Shown in pieces: positions 38,169-47,623 of a DNA stretch of 64,000 nt. The position numbers were made by a program, and so were the translations under genes. Location: positions 128,001 through 192,000 of the forward strand of contig OZ252100.1 in NCBI GenBank assembly GCA_965248435.1, in the 5' to 3' direction. Position 1 is the stretch's first letter, and each line of letters begins with the position of its first letter. Below the pieces are notes generated by a model. That model made no database searches and was not told the origin of the DNA. It saw only the letters and a program-made list of their open reading frames with translations. Source of the stretch: Candidatus Latescibacterota bacterium. Its GTDB lineage: Bacteria; Latescibacterota; UBA2968; GCA-2709665.

Positions 38169-39038
38169 TTGTATGCATTCGACTATGCTGCTCCCCAAAG
38201 CGTCGACGAAGCGGTCTCGCTGCTTTCGGCAGATGGCGATCAGACACGCATCCTGGCCGGCGGAACAGACCTTATTCCGCAGTTGAAGGAAGGGCGAAGG
38301 CGGCTGAAGCTGTTGGTCGACGTCAAAGGAATTCCCGAAGCCAATGTGCTTTCTTACACATCGGGGGAGGGGCTCCGAATTGGGTCTGCGGTTCCTTGTT
38401 GCTCGATTTACGAGTATGATGCGGTCCCGACCAACTATCCCGCACTGGTGGATTCCACATCCCTGATCGGTTCGATCCAGATCCAGGGCCGGGCCACTGT
38501 CGGTGGCAACCTGTGCAATGCCTCGCCTGCGGCGGACAGCATCCCTGCGGTGATCGTCCTGGAAGGCGTGTGTGAAATCGCGGGGCCGAACGGCACGCGC
38601 GAAGTCCCCGCAGAGGCGTTCTGCACGGGACCCGGGCAGTCTGTACTGGAAAAGGGTGAACTTCTGGTCTCCGTCCGGTTCCCGACTCCGAAACCCAAGT
38701 CGGGGGCCTTTTTCCTCAGATTCATCCCGAGAAATGAGATGGATATCGCTGTAGTGAATGCTGCGGTCTCCGTCGTGCTTGATGGCAACTCGATTTCGTC
38801 AGCGCGAATCGCAGTGGGGGCCGTTGCGCCGACGCCGCTCTTCCTGACGGATGCGGCCCAGCTTCTCGAAGGTCAGGAGATATCGGACGATTTGATTGAA
38901 AAGGCGGCCGGAGTCGCGCGCGATGCGGCTCGACCGATTACAGATATGCGAGGAACGGTGGATCAGAGACGCCATCTCGCGGGCGTGTTGACCAAACGAG
39001 CGTTGAAGGGTGCCATCCAAAGATCAAAGGAGTCTTGA
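38169..39038 (+). CDS. xanthine dehydrogenase/CoxM-family FAD-binding medium subunit
   Basis: LAGGTDL, ATVGGNLCNASPAAD, GAVAPTP, PITDMRG. Confidence 0.93.
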   Translation: MYAFDYAAPQSVDEAVSLLSADGDQTRILAGGTDLIPQLKEGRRRLKLLVDVKGIPEANVLSYTSGEGLRIGSAVPCCSIYEYDAVPTNYPALVDSTSLIGSIQIQGRATVGGNLCNASPAADSIPAVIVLEGVCEIAGPNGTREVPAEAFCTGPGQSVLEKGELLVSVRFPTPKPKSGAFFLRFIPRNEMDIAVVNAAVSVVLDGNSISSARIAVGAVAPTPLFLTDAAQLLEGQEISDDLIEKAAGVARDAARPITDMRGTVDQRRHLAGVLTKRALKGAIQRSKES

Positions 39039-39042
39039 ACCG

Positions 39043-39525
39043 ATGCCTGGCAAAGTACACATAGAGACCAAGATTAACGGCGAGGACACTGAGTTCCTCT
39101 GCGAGCCCCGGCAGACGCTCCTTGAAGTGCTGAGAGATGAGCTGGGACTGACCGGCAGCAAAGAGGGTTGCAGCAATGGGAACTGTGGGGCCTGCAGCGT
39201 CATCGTGGACGGCCGTGTGGTAGACTCCTGTCTGGTGCTGGGCGTAGAGACCGCCGGAAAGGAGATCACGACCATCGAGGGAATCGCGACTGCTGAGGGA
39301 CTGCATCCGCTGCAGCAGAAGTTTCTTGAACACGCCGCGCTTCAGTGCGGTATCTGCACGCCTGGTTTCATCGTAGCGGCAAAGGCGCTCCTGGACCGGG
39401 AGTCGAGTCCTTCGGAGCATCGAATTCGTCTGTGGCTCGCGGGTAACCTCTGTCGCTGCACCGGTTACGACAAAATCGTCAGGGCGGTTATGGACGTTGC
39501 TGGCGTCTCGGAGGGCAAGAACTGA
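39043..39525 (+). CDS. CoxS/CutS-family (2Fe-2S)-binding small subunit
   Basis: KEGCSNGNCGAC..SC, QCGICTPG, GNLCRCTGY. Confidence 0.95.
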   Translation: MPGKVHIETKINGEDTEFLCEPRQTLLEVLRDELGLTGSKEGCSNGNCGACSVIVDGRVVDSCLVLGVETAGKEITTIEGIATAEGLHPLQQKFLEHAALQCGICTPGFIVAAKALLDRESSPSEHRIRLWLAGNLCRCTGYDKIVRAVMDVAGVSEGKN

Positions 39526-41825
39526 TGGCAAGTAAAACGGAAGAGTACCTGGGCCTGAAGGAATACAAAGTCATCGGTACCCGACCCATCCGTCACGACG
39601 GGGTCGACAAGGTCACGGGACGCGCGATTTATGGTGCGGATGTACAGCTGACGGGCCTGCTCCACGGAAAAGTATTACGCAGTCCGCACGCACACGCGCG
39701 CATCCGCTCGATCGACACGAGCCGTGCCGAGTCGCTGCCAGGTGTCAAAGCGGTGATTACGGCAAAAGATATCCCCGTACCGGAGGCGGGCGGCACCTCT
39801 CTCGGCAAGTCAGGGATGAACCTGAGCTACCTTCGAGAGAGTGTTCTGGCGGACAAGAAAGTGCTCTTCCACGGCCACCCCGTGGCGGCTGTGGCTTCGG
39901 CGAACCCCAACGTGGCAGAGGAGGCGCTGGATCTGATCGAGGTGGATTATGAGCTCCTACCTCCGGTGCTCGACGTGCGAGAAGCGATGAAGGGCGATGC
40001 CCCCCTCTTGTTAGAGGACCAGACCACGAAGGTGGGTGGCGAAGATACGGGCAAGAAGAGCAATGTCGCCACTCAGTTCCAGCACAAGCTGGGTGACGTA
40101 GAGAAAGGCTTCAAGGAGGCGGATGTCGTCATCGAGCGTGAGTTTCACACCGGGACGGTGCATCAGGGATATATCGAACCTCAAAACGCGACGGCGATGT
40201 GGAACGCGGACGGTCAACTGACGATATGGTGCAGCACCCAGGGGGCGTTCTGGGTGCGGGACCAGGTGGCTCCGCTTCTGCAGATACCGGTTTCCAAGGT
40301 CAAGATTGTCCCGACCGAGATCGGGGGCGGGTTTGGCGGCAAGATCCGAATCTACCTGGAACCGCTTGCCGCGATTCTTTCGAAGAAGACCGGCAAGCCG
40401 GTGAAGATGGTGATGAGCCGAACGGAGGTCATTCAAGCGACGGGTCCGACGCCCGGTTCGTATGTTCGTGCGAAGATGGGCGCCACGAAAGATGGAAAGC
40501 TAGTTGCCGGCGAGGCCTACTTGGCCTACGAATCAGGCACCCATCCGGGAGGATGGGCCGATTGCGGGGCCATGTGCATCTTCGCGCCTTACGACATACA
40601 GAACGTGCTGATCGACGGATTCAACGTGGTCGTGAACAAGACCCAGACGCAGGCCTACCGTGCGCCCGGCGCGACCAATGCGGCGTTTGCGTCGGAGACG
40701 ATCATCGACGAGATCTGTGAGAAGATAGGGATGGATCCCCTGGAGTTTCGACTTAAGAATTCGGCGAAAGAGGGCACAAGACGCGCAGACGGCCCGGTCT
40801 TTCCAAGGATCGGACACGAGCAGTGTGTAGAGGCCTCCAAGGCGAGTCCACACTATTCGGCCCCACTGGAGGGGCCGAATCGGGGCCGGGGCGTGGCATC
40901 CGGCTTCTGGTTCAACGTCGGGTTCATGTCGAGTGCGTGTGCGAGCGTGAACGATGATGGGACGGTCAGTCTTGTCGAAGGATCGACGGATATCGGTGGG
41001 TCTCGGACGTCCATCGCGATGCACCTTGCGGAGGCCCTGGGCATTTCCGCCGAGGAAGTGAAGCCGATGGTCGCCGATACCGATGCAGTCGGCTACACCG
41101 ACGTTACGGGCGGAAGCCGCACCACCTTCGCCACGGGTTGGGCGGCCTACGAGGCGGGGCAGGACATCAAACTTCAGATGGTTCAGCGCGCGGCCATCCA
41201 CTGGGAGATCTCAGAGGATGACGTGGAGTATGAGGACGGCACCTTGAAGTCCAAGTCTGATCCGTCCAAATCCATGACCTTCAAGGAGGTCGCCGAAAAA
41301 CTGGGCAGTACAGGTGGACCCATCGTTGGACGCGGGACGGTCGATCCTCAAGGGGTCGGTGGATCCTATGCACATATGCTCGTCGATGTGGAAGTTGACC
41401 CTGAGACTGGAAAGGTCGAGGTCTTACGTGCCACAATGATCCAGGACGCAGGAAAGGCCATTCATCCCAGCTACGTTGAAGGTCAGATGCAGGGCGGTAC
41501 GGTTCAGGGGATCGGTTGGGCATTGAACGAAGAATATTTCTATAACGAGAAGGGTCAACTGACGAACGCGAGTTTCCTCGACTACCGGATGCCGACATGT
41601 CTGGATGTTCCCATGGTCAACACTGTGATCGTCGAGGTGCCAAACCCAGGGCATCCATACGGGGTGAGAGGCGTGGGTGAAGCGAATATCGTTCCGCCTC
41701 CCGCGGCCGTTGCCAATGCGATCTATGACGCTGTAGGGGTGAGGATGAACGTGCTTCCAATGTCGCCCGGCAACATCTTGAAGGCGATTGCGGCAAAGGA
41801 GAATGGGGGGGACGGAAAGGCGTAA
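39525..41825 (+). CDS. xanthine dehydrogenase family molybdopterin-binding large subunit (copy 2)
   Basis: Same motif set as 31483-33795; ATG overlaps the small-subunit TGA. Confidence 0.93.
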   Translation: MASKTEEYLGLKEYKVIGTRPIRHDGVDKVTGRAIYGADVQLTGLLHGKVLRSPHAHARIRSIDTSRAESLPGVKAVITAKDIPVPEAGGTSLGKSGMNLSYLRESVLADKKVLFHGHPVAAVASANPNVAEEALDLIEVDYELLPPVLDVREAMKGDAPLLLEDQTTKVGGEDTGKKSNVATQFQHKLGDVEKGFKEADVVIEREFHTGTVHQGYIEPQNATAMWNADGQLTIWCSTQGAFWVRDQVAPLLQIPVSKVKIVPTEIGGGFGGKIRIYLEPLAAILSKKTGKPVKMVMSRTEVIQATGPTPGSYVRAKMGATKDGKLVAGEAYLAYESGTHPGGWADCGAMCIFAPYDIQNVLIDGFNVVVNKTQTQAYRAPGATNAAFASETIIDEICEKIGMDPLEFRLKNSAKEGTRRADGPVFPRIGHEQCVEASKASPHYSAPLEGPNRGRGVASGFWFNVGFMSSACASVNDDGTVSLVEGSTDIGGSRTSIAMHLAEALGISAEEVKPMVADTDAVGYTDVTGGSRTTFATGWAAYEAGQDIKLQMVQRAAIHWEISEDDVEYEDGTLKSKSDPSKSMTFKEVAEKLGSTGGPIVGRGTVDPQGVGGSYAHMLVDVEVDPETGKVEVLRATMIQDAGKAIHPSYVEGQMQGGTVQGIGWALNEEYFYNEKGQLTNASFLDYRMPTCLDVPMVNTVIVEVPNPGHPYGVRGVGEANIVPPPAAVANAIYDAVGVRMNVLPMSPGNILKAIAAKENGGDGKA

Positions 41826-41828
41826 GCC

Positions 41829-42095
41829 ATGCCTGTGGTTTGGATCCCATCGCTGATGCAGAGCCTGACAGGCGGTAAAGATCAGGTGAATGTGGACGGA
41901 CAGACGATTCGTGAGGTTGTAGAAAACCTCGAGAAGACCTTTCCCGGCTTCAGAGATCGCGTTTGCGAAGAAGATCGAATCCGACCGGGATTGGCTGTTG
42001 CAGTTGACAGCGTGGTATCGAATGAAGGGTTGAGGCAGAAGGTGGACGCTGAAAGCGAGGTCCACTTTGTGACGGCAATTGGGGGTGGAAAATAA
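41829..42095 (+). CDS. MoaD/ThiS-family sulfur carrier
   Basis: Ubiquitin-like size, VWIPSLM N-terminus, C-terminal AIGGG-K. Confidence 0.85.
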   Translation: MPVVWIPSLMQSLTGGKDQVNVDGQTIREVVENLEKTFPGFRDRVCEEDRIRPGLAVAVDSVVSNEGLRQKVDAESEVHFVTAIGGGK

Positions 42096-42181
42096 GAAAA
42101 ACTGACAAAATCACGAGTTTGGACGGCCAGCGGTTGCAGCGCTCAATCGCTGGCCGTTCTTTTGGCTTACTCATTTGAAAC

Positions 42182-43273
42182 GTGTCTCTATTTATTGGAA
42201 TCATCGGCCTGCCTAACGTGGGGAAATCCACGCTTTTCAATGCCCTTACGGGCGGAAAGGCAGAGGCCTCCAACTACCCCTTCTGCACAGTAGATCCAAA
42301 CGTGGGTGTCGTCGAAGTGCCTGACGACAGGCTGCAGAGTCTCAACGATCTTCTTAAACCCAAAAGCTGCACACCAACCCACATCCGTTTTGTGGATATC
42401 GCGGGGCTCGTTCGAGGCGCGAGCAAGGGTGAGGGTTTGGGCAATCGATTTTTGAGCCACGTTCGAGAGGCGGATGCACTCCTCCACGTTGTGAGGTGCT
42501 TCGCAGACGACCAGACCGCTCATACTGAAGACACCCTGGATCCGCTGCGGGATGTAGAGACGGTTGAAACAGAGCTGATGCTGGCCGACCTGGAGACAGC
42601 CGAAGGGGTCAGAACACGCCTCGAAAAGGTGCTTCGATCCAATCCTCGCGCCCCCGAACATCTCGAATTCGAGACGGTGACAAAGATTGTGGAAGGTCTT
42701 CAGAAGGGGCAAACGGTTCGGGAGCTCGCCCTTTCAGTTGAGGAAGTGGATAAGATCAAGGGCTTTCAATTCCTGACCTCGAAACCGATATTGTACGTCG
42801 CGAATGCCGGAGAGGATGACGTCCCGGAAGGAGGTGAGCTCGCGAACCGGCTAAAGGAACGGGTTGGACCTGCCCAGGTTCTGATCATATCCGCTCGCAT
42901 CGAGTGGGAGATCTCGCAGCTCGGTCCTGAAGACCGCAAGGCGTTCGAATCGGAGCTTGGATTGGCTCATTCCAGGGTGAGTGAATTGATCCAAAAAGGC
43001 TATGGAATGTTAGACCTGATTTCCTTCTACACGGTCGCAAACGAAAAACTCCAGGCGTGGCAGCTCGAACGAGGTGGCACGGCACCTACCGCCGCCGGCA
43101 AGATTCACACAGATATGGAAGAAGGTTTTATTCGTGCGGAAGTGGCAAATTTTCAGGATATGATCACGGCCGGGAGCTTTGAAAGGCTTCAGTCGGGCGG
43201 AAAGTTGCGAACGGAAGGGAAGGATTACGTGGTCGAGGATGGCGATGTAATTCATTTTCTGTTCAGGACTTAG
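42182..43273 (+). CDS. ychF: redox-regulated ATPase YchF
   Basis: GLPNVGKSTLFNALT, NYPFCT, DIAGLV.GASKGEGLGN, AAGKIHTD, EGKDYVVEDGD. Confidence 0.96.
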   Translation: MSLFIGIIGLPNVGKSTLFNALTGGKAEASNYPFCTVDPNVGVVEVPDDRLQSLNDLLKPKSCTPTHIRFVDIAGLVRGASKGEGLGNRFLSHVREADALLHVVRCFADDQTAHTEDTLDPLRDVETVETELMLADLETAEGVRTRLEKVLRSNPRAPEHLEFETVTKIVEGLQKGQTVRELALSVEEVDKIKGFQFLTSKPILYVANAGEDDVPEGGELANRLKERVGPAQVLIISARIEWEISQLGPEDRKAFESELGLAHSRVSELIQKGYGMLDLISFYTVANEKLQAWQLERGGTAPTAAGKIHTDMEEGFIRAEVANFQDMITAGSFERLQSGGKLRTEGKDYVVEDGDVIHFLFRT

Positions 43274-43292
43274 AGAAGACTAGACACAGGAA

Positions 43293-43321
43293 TTGACGCT
43301 GGCCAGAATTTCCGCTATATT
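43293..43321 (+). promoter_or_regulatory. sigma70 promoter
   Basis: TTGACG-17nt-TATATT. Confidence 0.6.
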
Positions 43322-43368
43322 TGTCCCCTGCAGTTCAATCCCAACCCGTAACGCGAACGGAGTGCCTC

Positions 43369-43908
43369 ATGGGAAGCCCCAAAACCTTGATATGTTGTCT
43401 GGCCGGCCTGATCTTTCTCCTTTCTGAGCGAGATGCTGAAGCAATCGGGCTTTCAGGCATCGGCCTCAAGGTCGGGGTCGATCTGACTCAGGAGAAGGAA
43501 GTCGTCGTGATAGAGGGGGCATCGTTCGACACGGCCAGCTTGATGCTCGGTGGACACCTTGACCTGGGACAGCTTCTCCTGCCGAAGCTGCATTTTGTTC
43601 CGGGCGTTGATGTGGTTCTGCATAGTGAGCGCAAGGTATATTCTGTGAACAACGATTTTCGCTATTTTCTTGCGCGAAGTGGTAGAACGGCTGGCTATGC
43701 AGGTGTTGGAATCGGTGTTCATTTAGTACGAAGTGAGATTCAGGGCCAGGACGACACCAAGGGGAGCCTTAACATCCCGATTGGCTTTCAACAGAAGCTC
43801 AGTAGTGGTCTGCTCTGGTTCGGGGAACTCAAGGTGGTTATTGGAGAGCAATCCAACGACAGTTCGTTCAGGTTCAGCGTAGGCGTTGCTCTAGGAAAGT
43901 CCGACTAA
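43369..43908 (+). CDS. small outer-membrane beta-barrel protein
   Basis: Signal peptide ending AEA; alternating beta strands (YAGVGIG, FRFSVGVAL). Confidence 0.75.
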   Translation: MGSPKTLICCLAGLIFLLSERDAEAIGLSGIGLKVGVDLTQEKEVVVIEGASFDTASLMLGGHLDLGQLLLPKLHFVPGVDVVLHSERKVYSVNNDFRYFLARSGRTAGYAGVGIGVHLVRSEIQGQDDTKGSLNIPIGFQQKLSSGLLWFGELKVVIGEQSNDSSFRFSVGVALGKSD

Positions 43909-43924
43909 CACAAGGCGAGGGTTT

Positions 43925-44026
43925 ATGGCAAGGGAACGTCAGAAGGAACTTCGTCGAAGGCGCCACAGGCAAAAGAAGAGGATAAAGGCGCATCGAAGGG
44001 ATGCAAAGCGAAACAAGAAGAAATAA
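43925..44026 (+). CDS. 33-aa highly basic peptide (DUF6800-like)
   Basis: GAGG RBS, MARERQKELRRRRHRQKKRIKAHRRDAKRNKKK*, followed directly by a terminator; below the ORF-track size cutoff. Confidence 0.75.
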   Translation: MARERQKELRRRRHRQKKRIKAHRRDAKRNKKK

Positions 44027-44027
44027 G

Positions 44028-44060
44028 AAAAAGCACGGCGTTGGCCGTGCTTTTTCTTTT
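44028..44060. terminator. bidirectional intrinsic terminator
   Basis: AAAAAGCACGGC-GTTG-GCCGTGCTTTTT between convergent genes. Confidence 0.85.
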
Positions 44061-44074
44061 GGGCATCCAGCAGT

Positions 44075-45448
44075 TCAGCTGGAATCAGCTAAATATCGCG
44101 CTGAAAGTATCATCGCGCTGAAAGTATCGTTGACCTGAGTCCGGACCGTCGTTTCCACTTCCTTGAATATCGCGTTTAGTTGATCGCTATCCATTCCGAT
44201 CGCCTCCAGCACTCTTTCATCAATTGTGTGCTGTTGTGGTTTCTCAACAAAACTGAATCCGACCTGCCTTGCACAGATATCTGCGATGTAGATCAACCGC
44301 ACCATCTCCACGGACGAGTCGGCCAGGGCCGGCTTGTGATGCATGCCGATGACCTGTGATAAGATGTCCGGGAGCTGCCATTTAGAAGCTAATGCCTGGC
44401 CAATGTCAGAATGAGTGAGGCCCAGGACATCCATTTCTATATCCAGCATGGTGCTTGCCTTACCACGAATTTCCTCACCAACCATTTGAAACATCTCGTT
44501 GAAGAAGAAGCCTAAGACCTGCTTTCCGATATCGTGGACCATACCGGCCATAAACGGATCGTCTTCTCCGAGATCGAGTTTAATATCATCCCGCTCGTTG
44601 AGGAGCTTGGCGGTCACACCGCAGGCGATCGAGTGCTTCCAGAATTCCTGGAGGTCAAAGCCCTGTGCGCCCCCCTTGAAGGCCCCAACGACCGAAAGGG
44701 TGCGCACGAAATCGATTACGGTTTGAAGCCCCAGGAGGTTCACTGCGTCATTCACCGTGCTGATGCGCCTGGAAAATGAGAAGGCGGACGAGTTACAAAG
44801 CTTCAGCATCTGGGTCGTGATACCCGGATCCAGCTCGATGACCCCGCTGTACTGTTCCGTCGTAGAATTGGGATCTCTGGAGAGTTTTTCAATTTCATTG
44901 TAGACGGTCGGCATCGCAGGGAGGCCGGTAATCTTCTCGAGCTCGCCCATGATATGCGTGCGGGGATCCACTTTTTCAGCCGATTCGCTTATCTCGGCGA
45001 TTTCATCCACACCTTTCTTCATGCGGCCTTCAAGTTCTTCGAGATTCTGGAACGGCCTATCCAGACAGTCGATGATCCCGATCCGCTTCCCTTCTTCCAG
45101 GTCCTTTTCGGTCAGCTGGTTCGACATCAGGAAGACAGGAATGTGCTTGCAGTCCGGCTTGAATCGGATAAGCCTCGCGACGGTGAAGCCTCCGCCGGAT
45201 ATGTAGGCCTCGACAAGGACGCAGTTGATTTCATCATGATACTGTTTGAGCGCCCGCATCGCGTCGACGCCGGACTCTACCCAAATGATATCAAATCCCC
45301 ACTTCTGGAAGACTTTGAAACATTGACCGAGGTCACGCACATAAACCTGGTTCCGAGGAATCTTCAGATCCTCGGGCTTAAATTTTTTGTCGACAATGAG
45401 GCTCTTCGGCTTAGCGGCCGAAGACCCGCTGTTCTCCTCTTCGCTCAT
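44075..45448 (-). CDS. pseudo-receiver + HDOD domain protein
   Basis: Receiver-like fold with VLVE at the phospho-site and DRPF; LPAMPTV, DPGIT..LKL.NS..F, FWKHS, VHDIGK, W.LP..HH. Confidence 0.85.
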   Translation of the reverse strand: MSEEENSGSSAAKPKSLIVDKKFKPEDLKIPRNQVYVRDLGQCFKVFQKWGFDIIWVESGVDAMRALKQYHDEINCVLVEAYISGGGFTVARLIRFKPDCKHIPVFLMSNQLTEKDLEEGKRIGIIDCLDRPFQNLEELEGRMKKGVDEIAEISESAEKVDPRTHIMGELEKITGLPAMPTVYNEIEKLSRDPNSTTEQYSGVIELDPGITTQMLKLCNSSAFSFSRRISTVNDAVNLLGLQTVIDFVRTLSVVGAFKGGAQGFDLQEFWKHSIACGVTAKLLNERDDIKLDLGEDDPFMAGMVHDIGKQVLGFFFNEMFQMVGEEIRGKASTMLDIEMDVLGLTHSDIGQALASKWQLPDILSQVIGMHHKPALADSSVEMVRLIYIADICARQVGFSFVEKPQQHTIDERVLEAIGMDSDQLNAIFKEVETTVRTQVNDTFSAMILSARYLADSS

Positions 45449-45461
45449 ACTTGAGCTCCCT

Positions 45462-46763
45462 TTAGCTCTTCAAGATGGACAAAATTGCTTTGTCCGCGTC
45501 CATCGCCTCCTGCATTTCCGGCTCCCACTCGGTCAGTTGCTCCGAAGTAATATTAAGACGCTTCAAAGCAAACGGTAAAGGTTCGGGAACAGTCGTGTCA
45601 CCGCCAGAACCTGCGCCGAGTTTGCGACTGATGGCGTCTCCGAGGTGGACAAGAGAAGCGATCTCCGGGTCCTTTTCTGCCCTTGCTGGGCGGTGGTGAA
45701 ACGCGATGGCTTCCGTAAGTTCCTGCGGGAGGTTCCAGGTTTCGGCCAACTCGCGGCCGATGAGACTGTGATTGAGCCCCATCACCTCTTCTTCGGCTGC
45801 ATAAAGAGAGATGTTCGCTTCCTCCACCCGCGAAAGCACCTCTCCATAGAAGTCGGCATAGAGGGCATCCAGGACGATCTTTCCCATATCGTGAACGATG
45901 CCTGCAGTGAACCCTTCCTCCCGATCCAGCTTCAGCTTCTTGGTGAGAAACCTGGTGGCCGAGCCAACAGCAGCCGAGTGGACCCAGAAATTATTCTTGT
46001 CCAGGCCCGCGCTGTTCTCAAGATCTTTGGTGGCCTCGAATATCGCGATGTTCAAGATCGTGTTCTTAACCGTCTGATTTCCCAGTAGCGATATCGCGTC
46101 TCGAACCGATTTGATGGTTCGCGTGAAGCCAAAGAAGGCAGAGTTGGAAAGGTTGAGCAACTTGAGCGTAATCGAAGGATCGGATTCGATCACATTGCTG
46201 AGTTCATCCGCACTGACATCCGGATTCTTGCAAAGCCGATCCACTTCCGCATACACGGTGGGGAGGGTCGGCAGGTTCTCGATGTTCTGGAGATCCCTTT
46301 TGTATTTCTCGGCAAAGTCTGACCCGTTTCCGGACTGCTGTCCATCATTCCCAAGAAGTTTCCAAATCTTGCCAAGAAAAATCGCGGGAGCGGTCGGTTT
46401 GATGACGAAGCCATCTGCCCCCCGCTTCGTACATTCTGGGAGTTTTGTCTGATCCTCACTGTAGACCGCGATCGGGACCTCGCGGCACGTCGAAGTCCGT
46501 CGTATGACCTCCAGTGCCCGGAGAAAATTACCCTTCTCCGCGGTATCCATCAGGATGAGATCAGGCCGCCTTTTTAGATTCTTGATCAAACCCATGCCGT
46601 CGGACGTTTCCAGAACCTCGTAGCCACCAATGACTTCGAGCAATTGGCGAACAAACAGACGATCCTGAGGATCAGAAAGGGCGGCAACGATCTTTTTGGG
46701 TCGGATTTCGCTCAGGACGGCGCTTTCTCCAAGAGGGACACGGATTTGTCCGAATTCAGTCAA
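45462..46763 (-). CDS. receiver + HDOD domain protein
   Basis: PDLILMD..IKP receiver; LPTLPTV, DPSIT.KLL..NSAFFG, FWVHS, VHDMGK, WNLP..HH. Confidence 0.88.
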   Translation of the reverse strand: MTEFGQIRVPLGESAVLSEIRPKKIVAALSDPQDRLFVRQLLEVIGGYEVLETSDGMGLIKNLKRRPDLILMDTAEKGNFLRALEVIRRTSTCREVPIAVYSEDQTKLPECTKRGADGFVIKPTAPAIFLGKIWKLLGNDGQQSGNGSDFAEKYKRDLQNIENLPTLPTVYAEVDRLCKNPDVSADELSNVIESDPSITLKLLNLSNSAFFGFTRTIKSVRDAISLLGNQTVKNTILNIAIFEATKDLENSAGLDKNNFWVHSAAVGSATRFLTKKLKLDREEGFTAGIVHDMGKIVLDALYADFYGEVLSRVEEANISLYAAEEEVMGLNHSLIGRELAETWNLPQELTEAIAFHHRPARAEKDPEIASLVHLGDAISRKLGAGSGGDTTVPEPLPFALKRLNITSEQLTEWEPEMQEAMDADKAILSILKS

Positions 46764-47036
46764 TCGCTATGATACCCCGAAACACCGGGTGCGTCAATAC
46801 AATTTTGTCACCGATACACCCACGGGACAAATCTTTTCGGCCCCCCATGCTGAGCCCTTTCGCAAGGTGAAATATATCTGTAAGCATTTTGCTTAGGAAG
46901 GGTTATTTGCTTCTATCGATTACGGCGTGGCCGATCTTCCATCTCCTTTGAGGTTGCGATATTCTCCGGGATGTTTATGTTTTGACGGAATCAGTCCTCG
47001 CGAGGTCCAACCCAGTCACTTCAAAGGGATACTCGA

Positions 47037-47612
47037 ATGGCAGAAGACAAAGTCGAGCGCATAGGCTACCACGTTTCTGAGATCATGAAGGTTCTGGATC
47101 TGGATCTGACCGACCCGAATCTGAGCGAAACGCCGCAACGATTCGCGCGCATGTACCTCGAGATCTTTCAGGGTCTGGACGGAGACAATGAACCCGAAAT
47201 GACGACCTTCCCGAACGTGGACGAATTCAAGGACATGGTCGCGATGACAGACATCACGTTTTATTCGATGTGCTGTCATCACCTGCTTCCGTTCTGGGGG
47301 CGCGCGCACGTCGCCTACATCCCCACGGATCGGATTGTGGGGCTCAGCAAGCTCGCCCGAATGGTTGCTTTTTACGCGCGCCGGCCCCAGATTCAGGAAC
47401 GCATGACAACAGAGATCGCCGCAGCACTGGAACGCGAAATTCACCCCGCAGGCGCCATGGTGGTCCTCGAGGCGCGTCACCTCTGCATGGAAATGAGAGG
47501 CGTAGAAAAACCGGGCGCCTGGACGACCACATCGGCCGTTCGCGGCGTTTTTACCTCAAGGACAACACGCGAAGAGTTTCTGGATCTGTTGGCCAGAAGG
47601 CGGGAGGCATGA
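47037..47612 (+). CDS. folE: GTP cyclohydrolase I
   Basis: ETPQR.ARMY, SMCCHHLLPF, GLSKLAR, RPQIQER, HLCM.MRGV. Confidence 0.95.
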   Translation: MAEDKVERIGYHVSEIMKVLDLDLTDPNLSETPQRFARMYLEIFQGLDGDNEPEMTTFPNVDEFKDMVAMTDITFYSMCCHHLLPFWGRAHVAYIPTDRIVGLSKLARMVAFYARRPQIQERMTTEIAAALEREIHPAGAMVVLEARHLCMEMRGVEKPGAWTTTSAVRGVFTSRTTREEFLDLLARRREA

Positions 47613-47623
47613 ATAAGGTGCGT

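Noticed and set aside
31483-41825. Aerobic CO dehydrogenase (coxMSL)
   Set aside because: The active-site loop is AYRAPG, not AYxCSFR or AYxGAGR, and no coxDEFG accessory genes are present
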